Of a stretch of DNA of 64,000 nucleotides, positions 46,613-63,172 are shown piece by piece. Each line of letters begins with the position of its first letter. Position 1 is the stretch's first letter. Made by a program: the position numbers and the translations under genes. The DNA comes from the human T2T-CHM13v2.0 reference genome, Homo sapiens: assembly GCF_009914755.1 (NCBI RefSeq), contig NC_060941.1; one strand, written 5' to 3'. Under the pieces are notes generated by a model. It made no database searches and was not told the DNA's origin. It saw only the letters and a program-made list of their open reading frames with translations.

Positions 46613-46959
46613 TAGAAGCTTTACTTTTCTATACATCCATCTGCAACAACTTAGTCCCTGCATTTTTAACCTATGATGGGAGAGATGTGGCTCTGACCTT
46701 GGTATCCTTTGCTTAGGATGTTCTAGTGTGTGTTGTAGTTGCTTCCTAACTAGGCCAGTTTCAGGGTTGCAGGCACATGCATGCAGCTTTCCTTTGCTTT
46801 TATTCCTGCCTGCAGAACTGTAGTCACTGAAACTTCTCCTGAGTTCCTGCCAGCTCCTTGAGGAGGTCTTCGGCACTGGATGTCAGTGGGTAGTGCAGGT
46901 GTCTTCCCTAGGAAGGAACTTTGTTCCTCACTGAAATGGGGAAAGTGTCTACACTTGCA

Positions 46960-47205
46960 TCATGACTTTCCAAGTCCTGTGCCAGGCACTGTTGCAGGTG
47001 CTGGGCATACAACAGCAAACAAGACGGATGTGGCCTGTGGGCTCATAATGGTTCCGTCCAGCAGAGAGGTGGGTAAGCCGACAGGCAAGTGCTAGAGAAA
47101 GTTGATAAATGCTGAGAGGGAAGCACAGGATCCTGTGGGAACATACGGCAAGGAGAATTTACCTAGTGTGGGTTACTGGGAGGTCCTCTGGAGGAGGTGG
47201 CATTT
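46960..47205 (-). mobile_element. L2 relic
   Basis: TGTGCCAGGCACTGTTGCAGGTGCTGGG.ATACAACAGCAAACAAGAC. Confidence 0.7.
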
Positions 47206-47519
47206 ATGCTGTGTGTGTCACACTGGAGCATGGAACATAAGCTGCAAAGCAAGGGTCTGGCTTCTGCTCACACCACCTTGCAGAGATTGTCATGGGGCTC
47301 TTATTCCAGCCAACTCCTCTTTCTGGGACTGTGGTCAGAATCACCCTACCTTCACCAACCTTTCCAGAAACACTCTCTTTCCAAAAGTTTATATATCACA
47401 TTTTCTCTTAAGTTGACATCCCTACATCCCAGGAGGCCCCTGTTTCCTTTTTGCACACAGATCACTGATTCCTTAGATTTCCCAGATATGCCTAAACTGG
47501 CTCCTCTTAGTTGAGCCAC

Positions 47520-49170
<1,651 letters not shown>

Positions 49171-49575
49171 TGACAGTAGAATATAAACTCCCAGGCTGGC
49201 CAAGAGGCCCTGACAATGTGGTTTTGCCCACCTGCGCAGCCTCATCTCCTGGTCCTTGTCTTCCCTCAAGCCTGGGCCTGCAGATACCCTGGCCTCGGGT
49301 CCCACCGTTGTTTCCTGGCTTTGTTGCTGCCCCCTTTTCCTGAGAGGACTTCTCCATCTGAATGAGGAGCCACAGTGATGCTCTCCCTTACCAGCCTGTC
49401 TGTCCTTCATGGTACCATGCATGGGAACCATGAGTGTCTGTGTCACCCACTTAGCCCCATACTCTGTGAGGAAAGGGACTAGGCATGACTTATTCAATCT
49501 CCTTGAACAGGGCCTCACCCCAGTAGGCCCCCACATTTGTTGAACGACAGACTGATGTAATGGGAGACACTCTAT

Positions 49576-49780
49576 TGCGCTGTCCATTATGGCAGCCGCT
49601 AGCCTCACGTGGTTATTGACATTTAAATTCACTAAAATTAAGTGAAGTTAAAAATTCAGGACCTCAGTCACACTATCCACATTTTAAGGGCTCAATAGCC
49701 ACATGTGTCTAGTGGCTACTACACTGGATAGTGCAGAACATTTCCACCATTCCAGAAAGTTCTACCGGGCTGTGTTGCTA
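49576..49780 (-). mobile_element. MER3 hAT fossil
   Basis: TGCGCTGTCCA...CTCAATAGCCACATGTG.CTAGTGGCTAC...AACATTTCCACCATTCCAGAAAGTTCTA. Confidence 0.85.
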
Positions 49781-51008
49781 ACAGGTGCGAATATCAGTCC
49801 GTTTACTTTGGTGGTTAAGAACTGTAACTTCAAGTTCTATGACTGAATTTAATATTTATTGCAAGCCCTTATCGGGCTGGGTGAAGGACACTTAATGAAT
49901 GGTCTTTTTGGGGTCCTTCTCCCATTTCCTGTGGGGGATGGATTCTGGGATCTCACATAATGCCAAGGTCTTGGTGGTGTCTCCGCTGTCGTTCCCAAGG
50001 TGTCCTCCCCTCATCCCAGCATCAGTCCATGAAGGACAAATTGTGCTAAAATTCTTTTAATAAAAACGAGAAACCCTGACCTGCCTATCTCCCACTTCCA
50101 CTCCTTCTCATTCCCCAGAGGCAACCCTTTCCATTTTAAAAAAAAAGCTATTTCTCCAGCTTTGTAAATAATATGTGTATAGGGCTTTCTCTTCATTTGC
50201 CCACTTTAGACATTCTCTACTTAATTCCTATTATGGTAGAAGAGAATATTTTACCTTTGTTCACCCTCTTCAATGCTCTCATCCCTCTAATCTAGTTGTA
50301 TTGCAGGTTTTTGTGCATACAAAGTGTTTCATTATTATAACTACACTACTGTTTCTCACTATGGAACAGGCTTTGATCCTATGTCCTTTCTTGAACAACT
50401 CTTTTAAAACATTAATAATTGTGACATTTTATTTGCTTTCTTGTTTTTTTTTTGCATTTCTGGCTAAGCCTCCTCCCATCTTCCAATAATTCTATGAAGT
50501 AGTCTTTGATACAAATGTCCACGTGGTCAAAACTATTCCCCCTACCTTGGAGTCATCTCTCTTGGAGTCCTCTGTCCTGCTGCCCCAGGCTGTCCTGGGT
50601 GCCTCAACCTGCTGCGTACACATCACCCTGGGGTGCCCGTTACTTCTCTCCTGTGTTGGACATTCTGCTTCCTCAATCCCATAGCTCTGTTTATTATGAT
50701 TTAGTCCTTCATGTGGGTGGAGCAGAGCTGCTGGCAGTTTCCTGAGACAAGGGTGCACTGAGGTATTCTTTTTGAGTCCATGAGCATCTGAAAGTATCTT
50801 TTCTTGCATCACACTTGACTGATAATTTGGTGAGGGCAAGAATTTTAGGCTGAAAATAATTTTCAGTCAGAATTTTAAGGTGTTGCTTCATTATCTTCTA
50901 GCTTTCAGTGTTGCAGTTGAGAAGTCCTGTACTAGTCCATAGAGCTAGTGACGAGATAGGGAGAGACAGGCAGAGAGAGAAAGAGAGAAGGAGTAAGGTG
51001 GAGTGGAG

Positions 51009-51552
51009 TGTATGAGTCAGGGTTCTCTAGAGGGACAGAACTAGTAGGATAAATGTATACATGACAGGGAGTTTATTAAGGAGAATTGACTCACACGATC
51101 ACAAGGTAAAGTCCCATGATAGACCGTCTGCAAGTTGAGGAGCAAGGAAGCCAGTAGTGGGTCAGTCCAAGTCCCAAAACCTCAAAAGCAGGGAAGCCGA
51201 CAGTGCAGCCTTCAGTCTGTGGCCAAAGGCCTGATAGCCCCTGGCAAGCCACTGGTCTAAGTTCAGGACTCCAAAGATGAAGAACTTGGAGTCTGCTGTT
51301 TGAGGGCAGGAAAAAATGAGCGCAAGAGAAAGATGAAGACTCAGCAAATCTGCTCCTTCCACCTTCTTCTGCCTGCTTTATTCTAGCAGTGCTGGCAGCT
51401 GATTTGATTGTGGCCACCCAGATTGAGGGTGGGTCTGCCTCTCCCAGTCCACTGACTCAAATGTTAATCTCCTTTGGCAACACCCTCACAGACACACCCA
51501 GGAACCATACTTTACATCCTTCAATCCAATCAAGATGACACTAGTAACCATA
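51009..51552 (-). mobile_element. MLT2A (probably MLT2A2, HERVL) solo LTR
   Basis: GGGTTCTCTAGAGGGACAGAACTA...CCCAGATTGAGGGTGGGTCTGCCTCTCCCAGTCCACTGACTCAAATGTTAATCTCCTTTGGCAACACCCTCACAGACACACCCAGGAA. Confidence 0.9.
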
Positions 51553-51589
51553 AGAGGAGAGAGAGAGAGAAAGAGAGACAGAGAGACCG

Positions 51590-51763
51590 AGACCCAGGTG
51601 GAAACTGCAGTGTCTTTTATAACCTAATCTTGGAAATGACTTACTGTTGTTTCTGCTGTGGTCACACAAACTGACCCTGGTACAATGTGCAGGAAATAAT
51701 GCAAATGTGTGAATACCAGAAGATGGGGATTGTTGTGGGTCATCCTAAAGACTGGCCATCACA
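51590..51763 (-). mobile_element. MLT1F/H-type LTR fragment
   Basis: TTTTATAACCTAATCTTGGAA.TGAC...GTGTGAATACCAGAAGATGGGGATTG...GGCCATCACA. Confidence 0.65.
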
Positions 51764-52408
51764 GGATCTATTGTTTCTTTATGGAGACTCTCAAGAAGCC
51801 CCCTGTTTTTAGTGCCCCGCCTTTCAAGCTGTCTGTTGCCTCCAGTCTTTCTGCCTCTCTGAGGGTCTGAGGGGTGAACTGGTTTTCTTCTCGCTGATGA
51901 TCTCTTCCTCTGGATGCTCAGTTTTGACTTTTCTCTGCCATGCCCTTTTCCATTCCTCCATCCTTCTCTATTTCTATATGTCATGGTTTGATTTTACGGA
52001 TATTTTGTAGCCTCATTAATTTGGATTTCTGGTATCTTTTTCCCCTTGTTATTTTGAGATAATTTTTTAGAAGGAAAGGGGGTGGAAGGAGTTTTATGTT
52101 ACCATTTTGGAACCAGAAGTCTTTCCAGGAAATCTCCAGCTAGTCCAGCTTTGCTCTTCTTCATGTTTCTTCTATGCCCCAAACCCACTCAGATTTTAAG
52201 ATTTTCAGTCAAAAAGCCAAGAATGACTCACTTTTTCTCTCTGTATTTTGCTATGTGATTTCTTCCTTGAAATGGTAACTATAGAATGAATGCTCATATT
52301 CATGGATAAAGAAGAGCAAAGTATAAAGGAAATGCATGGAGGTGGGAAATCCTGGTAATTTATCAAAATGTTATTTTATGACTACAGTTAAATATTGAAA
52401 AAATTAAA

Positions 52409-52690
52409 GCTGGGTGCCGATTGCTCATGCCTGTAATCCCAGCACTTTGGCAGGCTGAGGCGGTTGGATGACTTGGGCCTGGGAGTTTGAGACCAGCCTG
52501 GGCAACACAGGGAGACCCCATCTCTACAAAAAATAAAAAAAATTAGCTGGTCATGATGGTACATGTCTGTAGACCCAGCTACTTGGAGGCGGAGGTAGGA
52601 GGATTGTCTGAGCCTGGGAAGTTGAGGCTGTAGTGAGCCGTGATCGCACCACTGCACTCCAGCCTGGGTGACAGAGTGAGAAAAAAAAAT
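52409..52690 (+). mobile_element. AluJ element
   Basis: Full Alu with J-type residues. Confidence 0.92.
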
Positions 52691-53327
52691 TAAAGATCAG
52701 GAAAACTGAAAACATCAGAGAGGAGTTGGGAACCAAGTTATGAGGTATGCTTTCAAATTTAAAATAGCAACAATAAGAAACTTCAACCTGAATGTTGAAA
52801 ACAAGAAAGAGACCTTGGTAGGTTAACTAGGGAATCTCTAAGAAATCTTGGCATTCCAACAAATTTCTGACTCAGGGAAAACCTAGTTAAAGAGATCACC
52901 AGGCAGACCACTCACTTTACAAATGGGGAAACTGAGGCCAGAGAGGAGAAGGCCAGAGACCAAAGTCACCCAGCCAGTTAATAGCAGAGATGGAATCTGA
53001 ACTTTGGTTTTAACTTTGGTGTTTTTATCTTTACACCATGAAGCTGTCTACATTTTTATAACATCCCTCCTTTTTCATAATTTGGTAAATGTTTTGACAA
53101 TTATTTCTTCATCTCTTTATTTCTGAAGAGCAAGAACATAATTTTTACTGATATCGATGGCCTTCTCTCTGCCATCATTCTTGATCATGGCAGCTCTGTG
53201 CAGAGAATAGATAAAGAACTTCAGGAAACACAGTTTGAAGGCAAGAAGTGATCTTCACTGCAGGACTTCACAGAGCCTTTACCTGGTTAGTACACACTGT
53301 GTCTCTTCATGGAGACGTTATGGTCAG

Positions 53328-53682
53328 TGTCCTGGTCAGATCAGCTGCATAAGGTGGTACCACACACTGAGTGGCTTGAGAAATGGGAATTTATTTTCTC
53401 ACAGTTCTGGAGGCTGAAAGTCTGAGATCAAGGTGTTGGCAGGTTTGGTTTCTCCCAAGGTAATTGCTCCTTAGCTTGCAGATGGCCCTCTTCTCGCTGT
53501 GTCCTCACATGATCTTTTCTCTGCATGTACACCTCCTGAATCTCCCAGTCAGATCCCTAAAGGGCTCCTTTTAACTTAATCACCTCTTTAAGGCCTTATT
53601 TACAAATACAGTCACACTCTGAGATACTGGGAGTTAGGACATCAATGAATGAATTTAGGAGGGGCACAATTGAGCCCATAAC
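53328..53682 (-). mobile_element. MLT1B-type MaLR solo LTR
   Basis: TTTATTTTCTCACAGTTCTGGAGGCTG..AGTCTGAGATCAAGGTGTTGGCAGG...TTAACTTAATCACCTCTTTAA...CAATTGAGCCCATAAC. Confidence 0.85.
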
Positions 53683-54297
53683 GGGGTTTCCCCTTCTTAG
53701 TGGATGGTGGAATCCTTTGCCGTGTTGAGGAATTTGTATTTTAGGAAACAGTCTTCGTGGAAAGGTGTTCCAGGGAAGCAAAATAAACAGGCCACAGCTG
53801 TGAAGGGCCATGGAGCTGCAGTGATGTCCATGGACTGGTATGAGTGATGTCATGACAGAAATCAGGAGCGTGTGATAGAACGGAGTCTCTGTCTGTCAGT
53901 TTCTCTCTCACCGCTATTTCTTTCTGCTGGATTTCATTAAGTTTCATTCCCTTTTCCTTCAGGGGAGCGTTCTCCATGACCCCCAAAGCAAGAGAGTATT
54001 CCCTGTCAGCTCCAGTGTAAAAAGACTGTAATGGCCTCAGCTTGGGTCACGTTTGTTGAGGGATATTTGGTTCTTTTATTGGCCCCAGGTTGGGTATAAT
54101 CCAGGAATGGGAATGAAAGAGCATGGGATGAATAAAGATAACATCCACCGCAGAGAAGATAGAAAATGCCTTTTCATTGCAGCGAGACCAAAGGAGGGAC
54201 ACAGCAGTCCAATCCCAGGGGATGCAGAGCAGATGGAGAAGAAAAGGGTCTTCTAGCATTTATGTTGTGTCAGCCAAGATTTGTCCTGTGTTTTTAA

Positions 54298-55600
<1,303 letters not shown>

Positions 55601-55648
55601 ATTTGTTCAGCTGGAGCATTGGATGGTAGGAGGTGCTAAGAATGAACC

Positions 55649-55695
55649 GTGTGTGTGTGTGTGTGTGTTTGTGTGTGTGTATTGTGAGTGTGTGT
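55649..55695. repeat. Imperfect (TG)n microsatellite
   Basis: GTGTGTGTGTGTGTGTGTGTTTGTGTGTGTGT. Confidence 0.88.
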
Positions 55696-56462
55696 ATATC
55701 TGGAGCAGGGCAGTGGCTGTGGAGAGAATGGGTAGACAGTGCAGGCAGAAGAGCTGGCAACCACCATCACAAGGTGGAGGGAGCTTGTCCTGAGGCTGAC
55801 CTGTGGGAGACTCTTGTTCCCTCTGTTCACCCTCCCTGCTGGCCACTGTGAGCTGCCCTTGCCATTGGTTCTGTGGAGTGAAGAGACAGTGGAAAGCAGC
55901 ATTCTTTACTATTTATTTATTTATTTTTTTACTTTAGACGTTCAAATTCTCCCAAGGGGCTGTGGGCTGGAGGTCCAGAACACTGGGCCGAGGCTGGAGA
56001 CACTCAAAGACGTTGAGGTACACCGTTTGGGAAAAGGAAGATGACACGTGGACACTCACCAGTGTACAGCCATTTTTCAGGGTAAGGCCAGTCAAGAATC
56101 AGCATTTTCAAACACATTTTATCAGCAGCAGTGGTTGTTTTGTGGTTGGTGTATTTGGCCGTAGTCAAGTTGGGCACACAGTCTTGAGTTTAAGGGTAAG
56201 AGCAAGCCAGTAAGAGGGAAAATAAAGAAGACTACAGATTTCTGGGTATCAGGTCAAAAACATTTTAGGTGCCAAAGCGTGGCTCGTGATGGAGTATTTG
56301 CGGCTGAGCTGGGGAGCGCAACAGTATTTTCATCTTTAGGAATTCTGAAGGAATTCCTGCCTTAAGAATTTTCCTGGACACTGTTATACTCAATAGTTCC
56401 TGATTTAGAGAACATCGATGGCTGTCTTTCTTTGTGTCTGAGAGTAGAGGGCCTCCACCATT

Positions 56463-56726
56463 CATCATAGCATACAGAAAAAAAAAAGACAATACTAGGT
56501 TCAATCAGAGAAACGGAACCCTGGGAGATATACACACAGTTACAAGTTTACTCTGTTCTCAATTGTGCAAGTTGGTTAAACAGTCTCTATTAGGCTTTTG
56601 TCTTATGCTGAAGCTTGAAGTTCTCCAGGTAGGCAGTCAGGAAGGGAGGATGGATTTCAAGTGGGGGAGAGTAAAGATAAGCTGGAACTCATGAGCATGA
56701 GTGAGAATCCACAAGGACAGACCAGA
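56463..56726 (+). repeat. 264-bp direct duplicate of 55010-55273
   Basis: Ungapped alignment at offset 1453 with 13 mismatches counted (~95% identity). Confidence 0.95.
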
Positions 56727-57186
56727 GAGATGATTTTCTGAGAGATGATTATGTCTCAGGTTCTATTCTGTGTGAGATCCTGGGATATAGTCCTGAACCT
56801 TGGGGGGCTCATGGGCACAGGTTTTGAGTGTGGGGAGGAGGTAGAATCAGCTGGGAAGACAACATATTAAGTTACAGCATGATAAAAGGTGCATAGGGTC
56901 AGGTGTGACAAAGCCTAGTGGTTTTGGTCAATGGGGTGTAGATTATTAGCTTCCCTCCTGCTTCCGTGGTCCTTTTCAGACCATTACTCATCCGTCCTCA
57001 CAAAAAACCCTTTCTCTTCTGAGGTTATCCTCATTCGGCCAATAAAACCAATAGGCTTTAAAGAGAAGGTGTCAATTTGTCTGAGCTCAAAGGATGGGAA
57101 GTTCTTCCAGCTGAAAAAGATGAGGGGAGAGGCTAAAGAAGGGTATTAGAAGCAGAGCAAAGAGTAGATCCAATATATCTTTCTCA

Positions 57187-57430
57187 TTTTTTTTTTTTTT
57201 TTTGAGATGGAGTCTTGCTTTGTTGCCCAGGCTGGAGTGCAGTGGTGCAGTCTCGGCTCACCACAACCTCCGCCTCCTAGGCTCAAGTAATTATCCTGCC
57301 TCAGCCTCCTGAGCAGCTGGGACTAGAGGCATGTGCCACTATGCCTGGCTGATTTTTGTATTTTTAGTAGAGACGGGGTTTCACTATGTTGGCCAGGCTG
57401 GTTTCGAACTCCTGAACTTGCGATCCGCCC
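57187..57430 (-). mobile_element. 5'-truncated AluS element
   Basis: Alu lacks about the first 50 nt; TSD TCTCATTTT (57182-57190/57431-57439). Confidence 0.9.
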
Positions 57431-58285
57431 TCTCATTTTAGGCTTCTGGGCACGGCTTTCAGTCTCCCTCAGTTTCCAGTGAGATTACCCTCCTGGCTCC
57501 AGAACAGTGCCTTGTTGCCCATCACGTGGGAGAATCTACTATTCTCAGTGTTTTCAATCTACCTTCTAGAGTTAATTCTCCTAGTAACTCTGTTTCTAGG
57601 AAATCTCGTCCTTGAAAGCAACAGAGAAAGAAATCAATGAACTGCAAGGCGCCCATTTAGCATTGAGACTGATTTAAAGTAGGAAAGGTACAAAGATAAA
57701 TGTCTGTGTGCAAATTGGGGTTCTTTTCTACAATTATGTTTGCATAAGTGGCTCATGGCCAAAGATTTCCCCTCGTAGAAGGTTGAGTTTTTTTTTCTTT
57801 ACCAAGCCCAGAAGTTTAATTGACATGTAGTTTGTAGGCTCACTAAATAATTCAATCCATTTGCCAAACTAGACCTTAAATTAAAAACAAAACAAAACAT
57901 GGTTTCATACTTTTCCAGCTTTATGGTGGTTGATCATCCATAATTTCAGAAACACTGATATGGTATGCAAAGGAAGAAGCCTTTGATTAGATTTAAACAG
58001 ACATCTTGAATAGAGCCTGAAATGGGGAAAGAAAGCTGCACTGCCCTTTGATTCTGCAAAAATAAAACCAATTTGCCTTAAAAAAAACTTGTCTCAATTT
58101 TTTTCTTTCTTCATATTTGCAAGTTAAATAGGATTAAATCCCAATCAGCCATTCATTATACACTTGCTAAATATGTAGACTTAGACTTGGTTAAGAGTCC
58201 AAGTTGAATGTCAGGTGCTTTGATTTACAGGAAACTTCTGGAGTTGCTTGTGGTATCATCTTTTCCTACTCAAAAAATGTATCTT

Positions 58286-58567
<282 letters not shown>

Positions 58568-60039
58568 GTATCTCTTTGTTTTTTTCATAATTTAGAACTC
58601 AACCTTCACATCTATAGACAACATATAACTTTTGAAAATCCTGAGCATGGCCAAAGATATTGGAATGCATAACATTAAGGCTGCGTAAAAGAAATCCATA
58701 CATTCAAAATATCTAAAAATCAATGGCTACTCATAAAGTTCTAATGTTTTATTTTTTGATATTCATTTTAACTTCGATTTCAATTTTGAGGCCCCATAGA
58801 ATGAGTATTTGGTTTCTTTTTGCCACCATGGAGAAGATATTTTGAAAATGAAGAATCTGTTTTCGTGGAGGCCAAACATCAGTGATAAACGAAGTTCTTT
58901 CCGAACATGGTCACCTGGGGACTGAGATGTCAAACCAGATCACTGTTCAAGAGAGGAAATGAGGTTTCATCAGCTACCTGGCTGCCTCCAGAGCATGGTC
59001 AGAAGGTGTTTATTGGATGGAAATAAAAATGCCTCTTTTTTTTTTGGCACAAGAATTTCGGCTAAAATAAGACCAGCAGGACCTCTATGCTGAGGCCTTG
59101 GTAAAGGGACACACAGGATAAATATATGTACATAGCTGGCTCACCATGCCGGGAACTCTGTATTCATAACCTGTGACTGTCCTAAAGGGACAGATTAAAA
59201 TTCAAAGCATGCGGATCCTTGGCTGTTTGATTTCAGACACAAAATTGGAAACGGGCTGATAAACATACACAGCATGAATCTCACTCCCATTCCCTGTGTT
59301 CCGTTATGCTGGGCTCGGCAGTGAGGCAGAACCCCGCCAACTCTGGCCTAGAAGGATTCCCGTCTCCCCCCATGGGCAGGAGTACCACCGTTTCAATGAA
59401 GAGTCTTCTAAACTACCTCCATTTCTCCAGTGTGTTTGAAACAGACGAGGTCTAAGGGGTCCAGATGGGTGCAAGCTCATGTTGATTTGGCTACGTTTCC
59501 GTGGACTAGGGGGATGAGAGGAGGCTCACCTACGCAGGGATGTCCTCACATCCTTTTTGGGAGAACAGCCAATGAGGTCCACAAGATCTTAGTTACAAAC
59601 GACACCAATGATACTTCCAGGGCATGGTGACTCCATCTCCCATTATTGTTGGGTGTGGGCAAGTTGTGGTCTGATCAATGGATCAGATTCTATCTCTTTC
59701 TCTGTCTGCCTTCTAATTCTTGGCTTTTTGGAATCAAGACTCAACTCTGTATTTCCTTAAATGGGCAATTTTTGCATTAATCATTGAAAGCTCAGACAGC
59801 AGGGCTGGCTTTTCTTGCTGAACAATTGTCTTAGGTCTAACGATAGAGAAAGACATTCCTAAAGTTCCCAAATTAGGCACTGTCATGTATGTTTTGGGCT
59901 TTCTGTAGCCTTGGAGGAAATGGACATCTTTGCTTCTAGGGGCAGAGCAGCTGGCAGCATTAGACCCTGGGCCCATTTGGTGCCTTTTACTACACTAGGC
60001 TGCCAGCTTCCAGGGCAAGGAAGTGGGAATTTGTGATTA

Positions 60040-60508
<469 letters not shown>

Positions 60509-60524
60509 GATGGTTGTCAAATAT

Positions 60525-61070
60525 CTGTGCTTTGGAGTGAGTGTCGGCCCAGATTGCCTTTTTTGGAGATTGCTCTCTCTCTCCCAGGTGTGGAGAGAGA
60601 TATGAGTCTGGGTCTGTCCTCTGCCATCTCAGCCCCTTAACCATAGAGCTGATTGAGCTGGGGCAGACACCTAAGTCAGGGGTATCACCAATGCATTAAG
60701 CCAACCAATCTCTATTGATCAACAGAATGAAAGGGTATAGAGACTGACTGGATGGGATGGTGTTGGGCAAGGGACGTTCATGCAATGTTGGGGCCAGAGT
60801 TGGAGCCAGGGCCAGCGAGACCCATTGGCAAACTGAAGGTATTAGGGGAGACTCTAGAGCCTTGCCCCAAAGCTGGTCTTTTGAGAGGATTAAGTGGAGA
60901 GAAGCAGAGATGTGCCAAGGTCCAGACGGAGAGTTGCAGGAGTTTCCCAGTCCTTTGCGACCCAGTTTCCTGTCTCTGGATGCTTGATTGCTTATTGTAG
61001 CCCTACAATGACTCAATCTAGCCCAAGAGAGTTTCTTTTCCTTGAAAGCAAACAACCCCTGACCAGAAGA
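60525..61070 (+). mobile_element. Old MaLR LTR (MLT1N/M-like)
   Basis: Degenerate; GCTGATTGAGCTGGGGCAGACACCTAA and terminal GTTTCTTTTCCTTG..AGCAAAC..CCCTGAC. Confidence 0.4.
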
Positions 61071-61356
61071 ATGTCACAGATGACGAGAGGTGCCTCATCA
61101 CAGAATCAGGAACAGTCAGAATCTCAGTGGGAAGCTATGCAGCTTCCAAGTGCAGCTCGATGAGTCAGCTGTGAAGACAGGGTATGGTAAGTATGGCATG
61201 AAAGGCAAGGCGCACCTATGCAATGATCCCTCCAGGCACAAGTGTCCCCTGGGGGTCCAGGGGGAGTAGGAAAGGAGGGAAGGTTACCAACGGCCTGTCG
61301 GGTTCCAGGCATAGTGTTAGGTGCTTTACATATCTTGTTTTGTTCTTTGGTAATAT

Positions 61357-61841
61357 TGTTGGGTTGAATAATGACCCCTACAAATATGTCCACATCCTAA
61401 TCCCAGAATCTGTGAGTGATACCTTACACGGCAAAAGGGACTTTGCAGACAGAAGTTAATGATCTTAAGACTGGGCTTATCCTGGATTATCCACATGAGC
61501 CTGGTATAATCACAAGGGCCCTTCCTTGTAAGAAGGAGCCGAAAGGGTCAGAGTCAGAGAAGGCAACGTGATAAAGCAGCAGTTGGAGTGATGTACTTTA
61601 AAGACGGAGGAAAGGGCCACGAACCAAGAAGCACAAGTGGCTGTTAGAAGCTGAAAAAGCAGGGAAATGAATTCTCCTCTCAGATGCTCTGGAAGGAACC
61701 AGCCCTGCTGATATCTTGACTTTAGCCCAGTGAATCTGAATTCAGACTTATGAGCTCTAGAACTGTAAGAGAATAAATCTGTGTTGTGTTAAGCTACTAA
61801 GTTTGCAGTGTTTATTATAGCAGCAATAGGAAACTAATACG
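61357..61841 (+). mobile_element. MLT1D MaLR solo LTR inserted in a MIR (~61290-62000)
   Basis: ATGTCCACATCCTAATCCC...GGCAAAAGGGACTTTGCAGA...GAACTGTAAGAGAATAAATCTGTGTTG...GCAATAGGAAACTAATAC. Confidence 0.9.
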
Positions 61842-62866
61842 GTTGTATTTTTATAATCCTCATTTTTACAAATGAGGAAGCTCAGTCAGGTTGAGGAACT
61901 TGCCCAAAGACACACAGCTAGCAAGAGATGGAACAAAGGTTTGGTCCTGAACTAGGCTGTCAGACTCAGAGCCTCTGCTTTTCCCACTATCTGATTTTGC
62001 TGCCTGAGCAATCTGCTTTCCTGAGCACGTCTGCACACATCAAAGGCTCTGTCTATGTCTGCTGGATGAGTGCACGGTGTTCTGGAGTCAGAAGGATAGG
62101 TGGCATGACCTGTCAATAGTCTTCCTTTCAACAACTGTGCAGAAATGCATGCAACCTTCTATGGCCCCAGCAGCTGGGCCCTCCCAGCTAGATCTGGCAT
62201 CCGCGTCTCTTAGGTGCCTGCTTCTTTCAGGATACAGGAGTGGGTCTGATTTATTATGGTGCATTCCCCAATTTCATGCCAAATGATTCAATTACAGTCA
62301 CCCTCAGCACTCAGGAGAGGCTTCCTGCTGGCTCACAAAGATGAGACCAGAGGTGGCCCGGAGCATGTAGAAAAATTTCACCTTATTATTTATTGGAGGG
62401 GGAAGTGGCATTTCTCCCACTTTGGAGTAGGTTTGTTAATCACAATGTATGAGAGAAGAGAGAGGAAAAATCTTCTCATTTTCAAAGCGAAGTCAGGTTT
62501 TAATGAGGAAATATGGTAATGTTTTTACTTTATTTTCCCTGGCTGCCTGTGTCTGTCAGCTCAGGGTTACTCCTGGTCTGTTGAAAGGAACAACTGTTTA
62601 TTGACTTCCCACTGTCATGCAAACAATGGCTCCCATTTATTAAGTATGTACTGTGTGCCAGGTACTGTGCTGGGCAATTTACAAGTAATCCTTAAACTGA
62701 GCCCGGAAAGTGAATGTTAGTATGCTTATCTTCCAAATCAGGAAACAGAGGCTCACATAAATGAAGGAATTTGCCCAGTAACACCCAACTGGTAAGCTAT
62801 GATTTACACCTAGGCTTTTCTGAATCAGGAGCTTTTATTCTCTCCAGAAGTGATAGCAGGATTCTT

Positions 62867-63172
62867 TTTCTTTTTTCTTTTTTTTTTTTTTTGAGATGGA
62901 GTCTCGCCTTGCCGTCCAGGCTGGAGTGCAGTGGCATGATCTCGGCTCACTGCAACCTCTGCCTCCCAGTTCAAGTGATTCTTTTGCTTCAGCCTCCCAA
63001 GTAGCTGGGAATACAGGCGTATGCCACTACGCCCAGCTAATTTTTGTATTTTTAGTAGAGACGGAGTTTCACCACGTTGGCCAGGCTGGATTTGAACTCC
63101 TGACCTCAAGTGATCCGCCTGCCTCGGCCTCCCAAAATGTTGGGATTAAAGGTGTGAGCCACCATGCCCAGC
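62867..63172 (-). mobile_element. AluS (Sz-like) element
   Basis: Full Alu; perfect 16-bp TSD TGATAGCAGGATTCTT (62851-62866/63173-63188). Confidence 0.96.

Larger units (their letters stand above)
50060..52121 (-). mobile_element. Old L1-like relic (HAL1/L1ME type), fragmented by LTR insertions
   Basis: CATCTGAAAGTATCTTT...AGAATTTTAGGCTGAAAATAATTTTC...GTTGAGAAGTCC and terminal CCATTTTGGAACCAGAAGTC. Confidence 0.5.
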
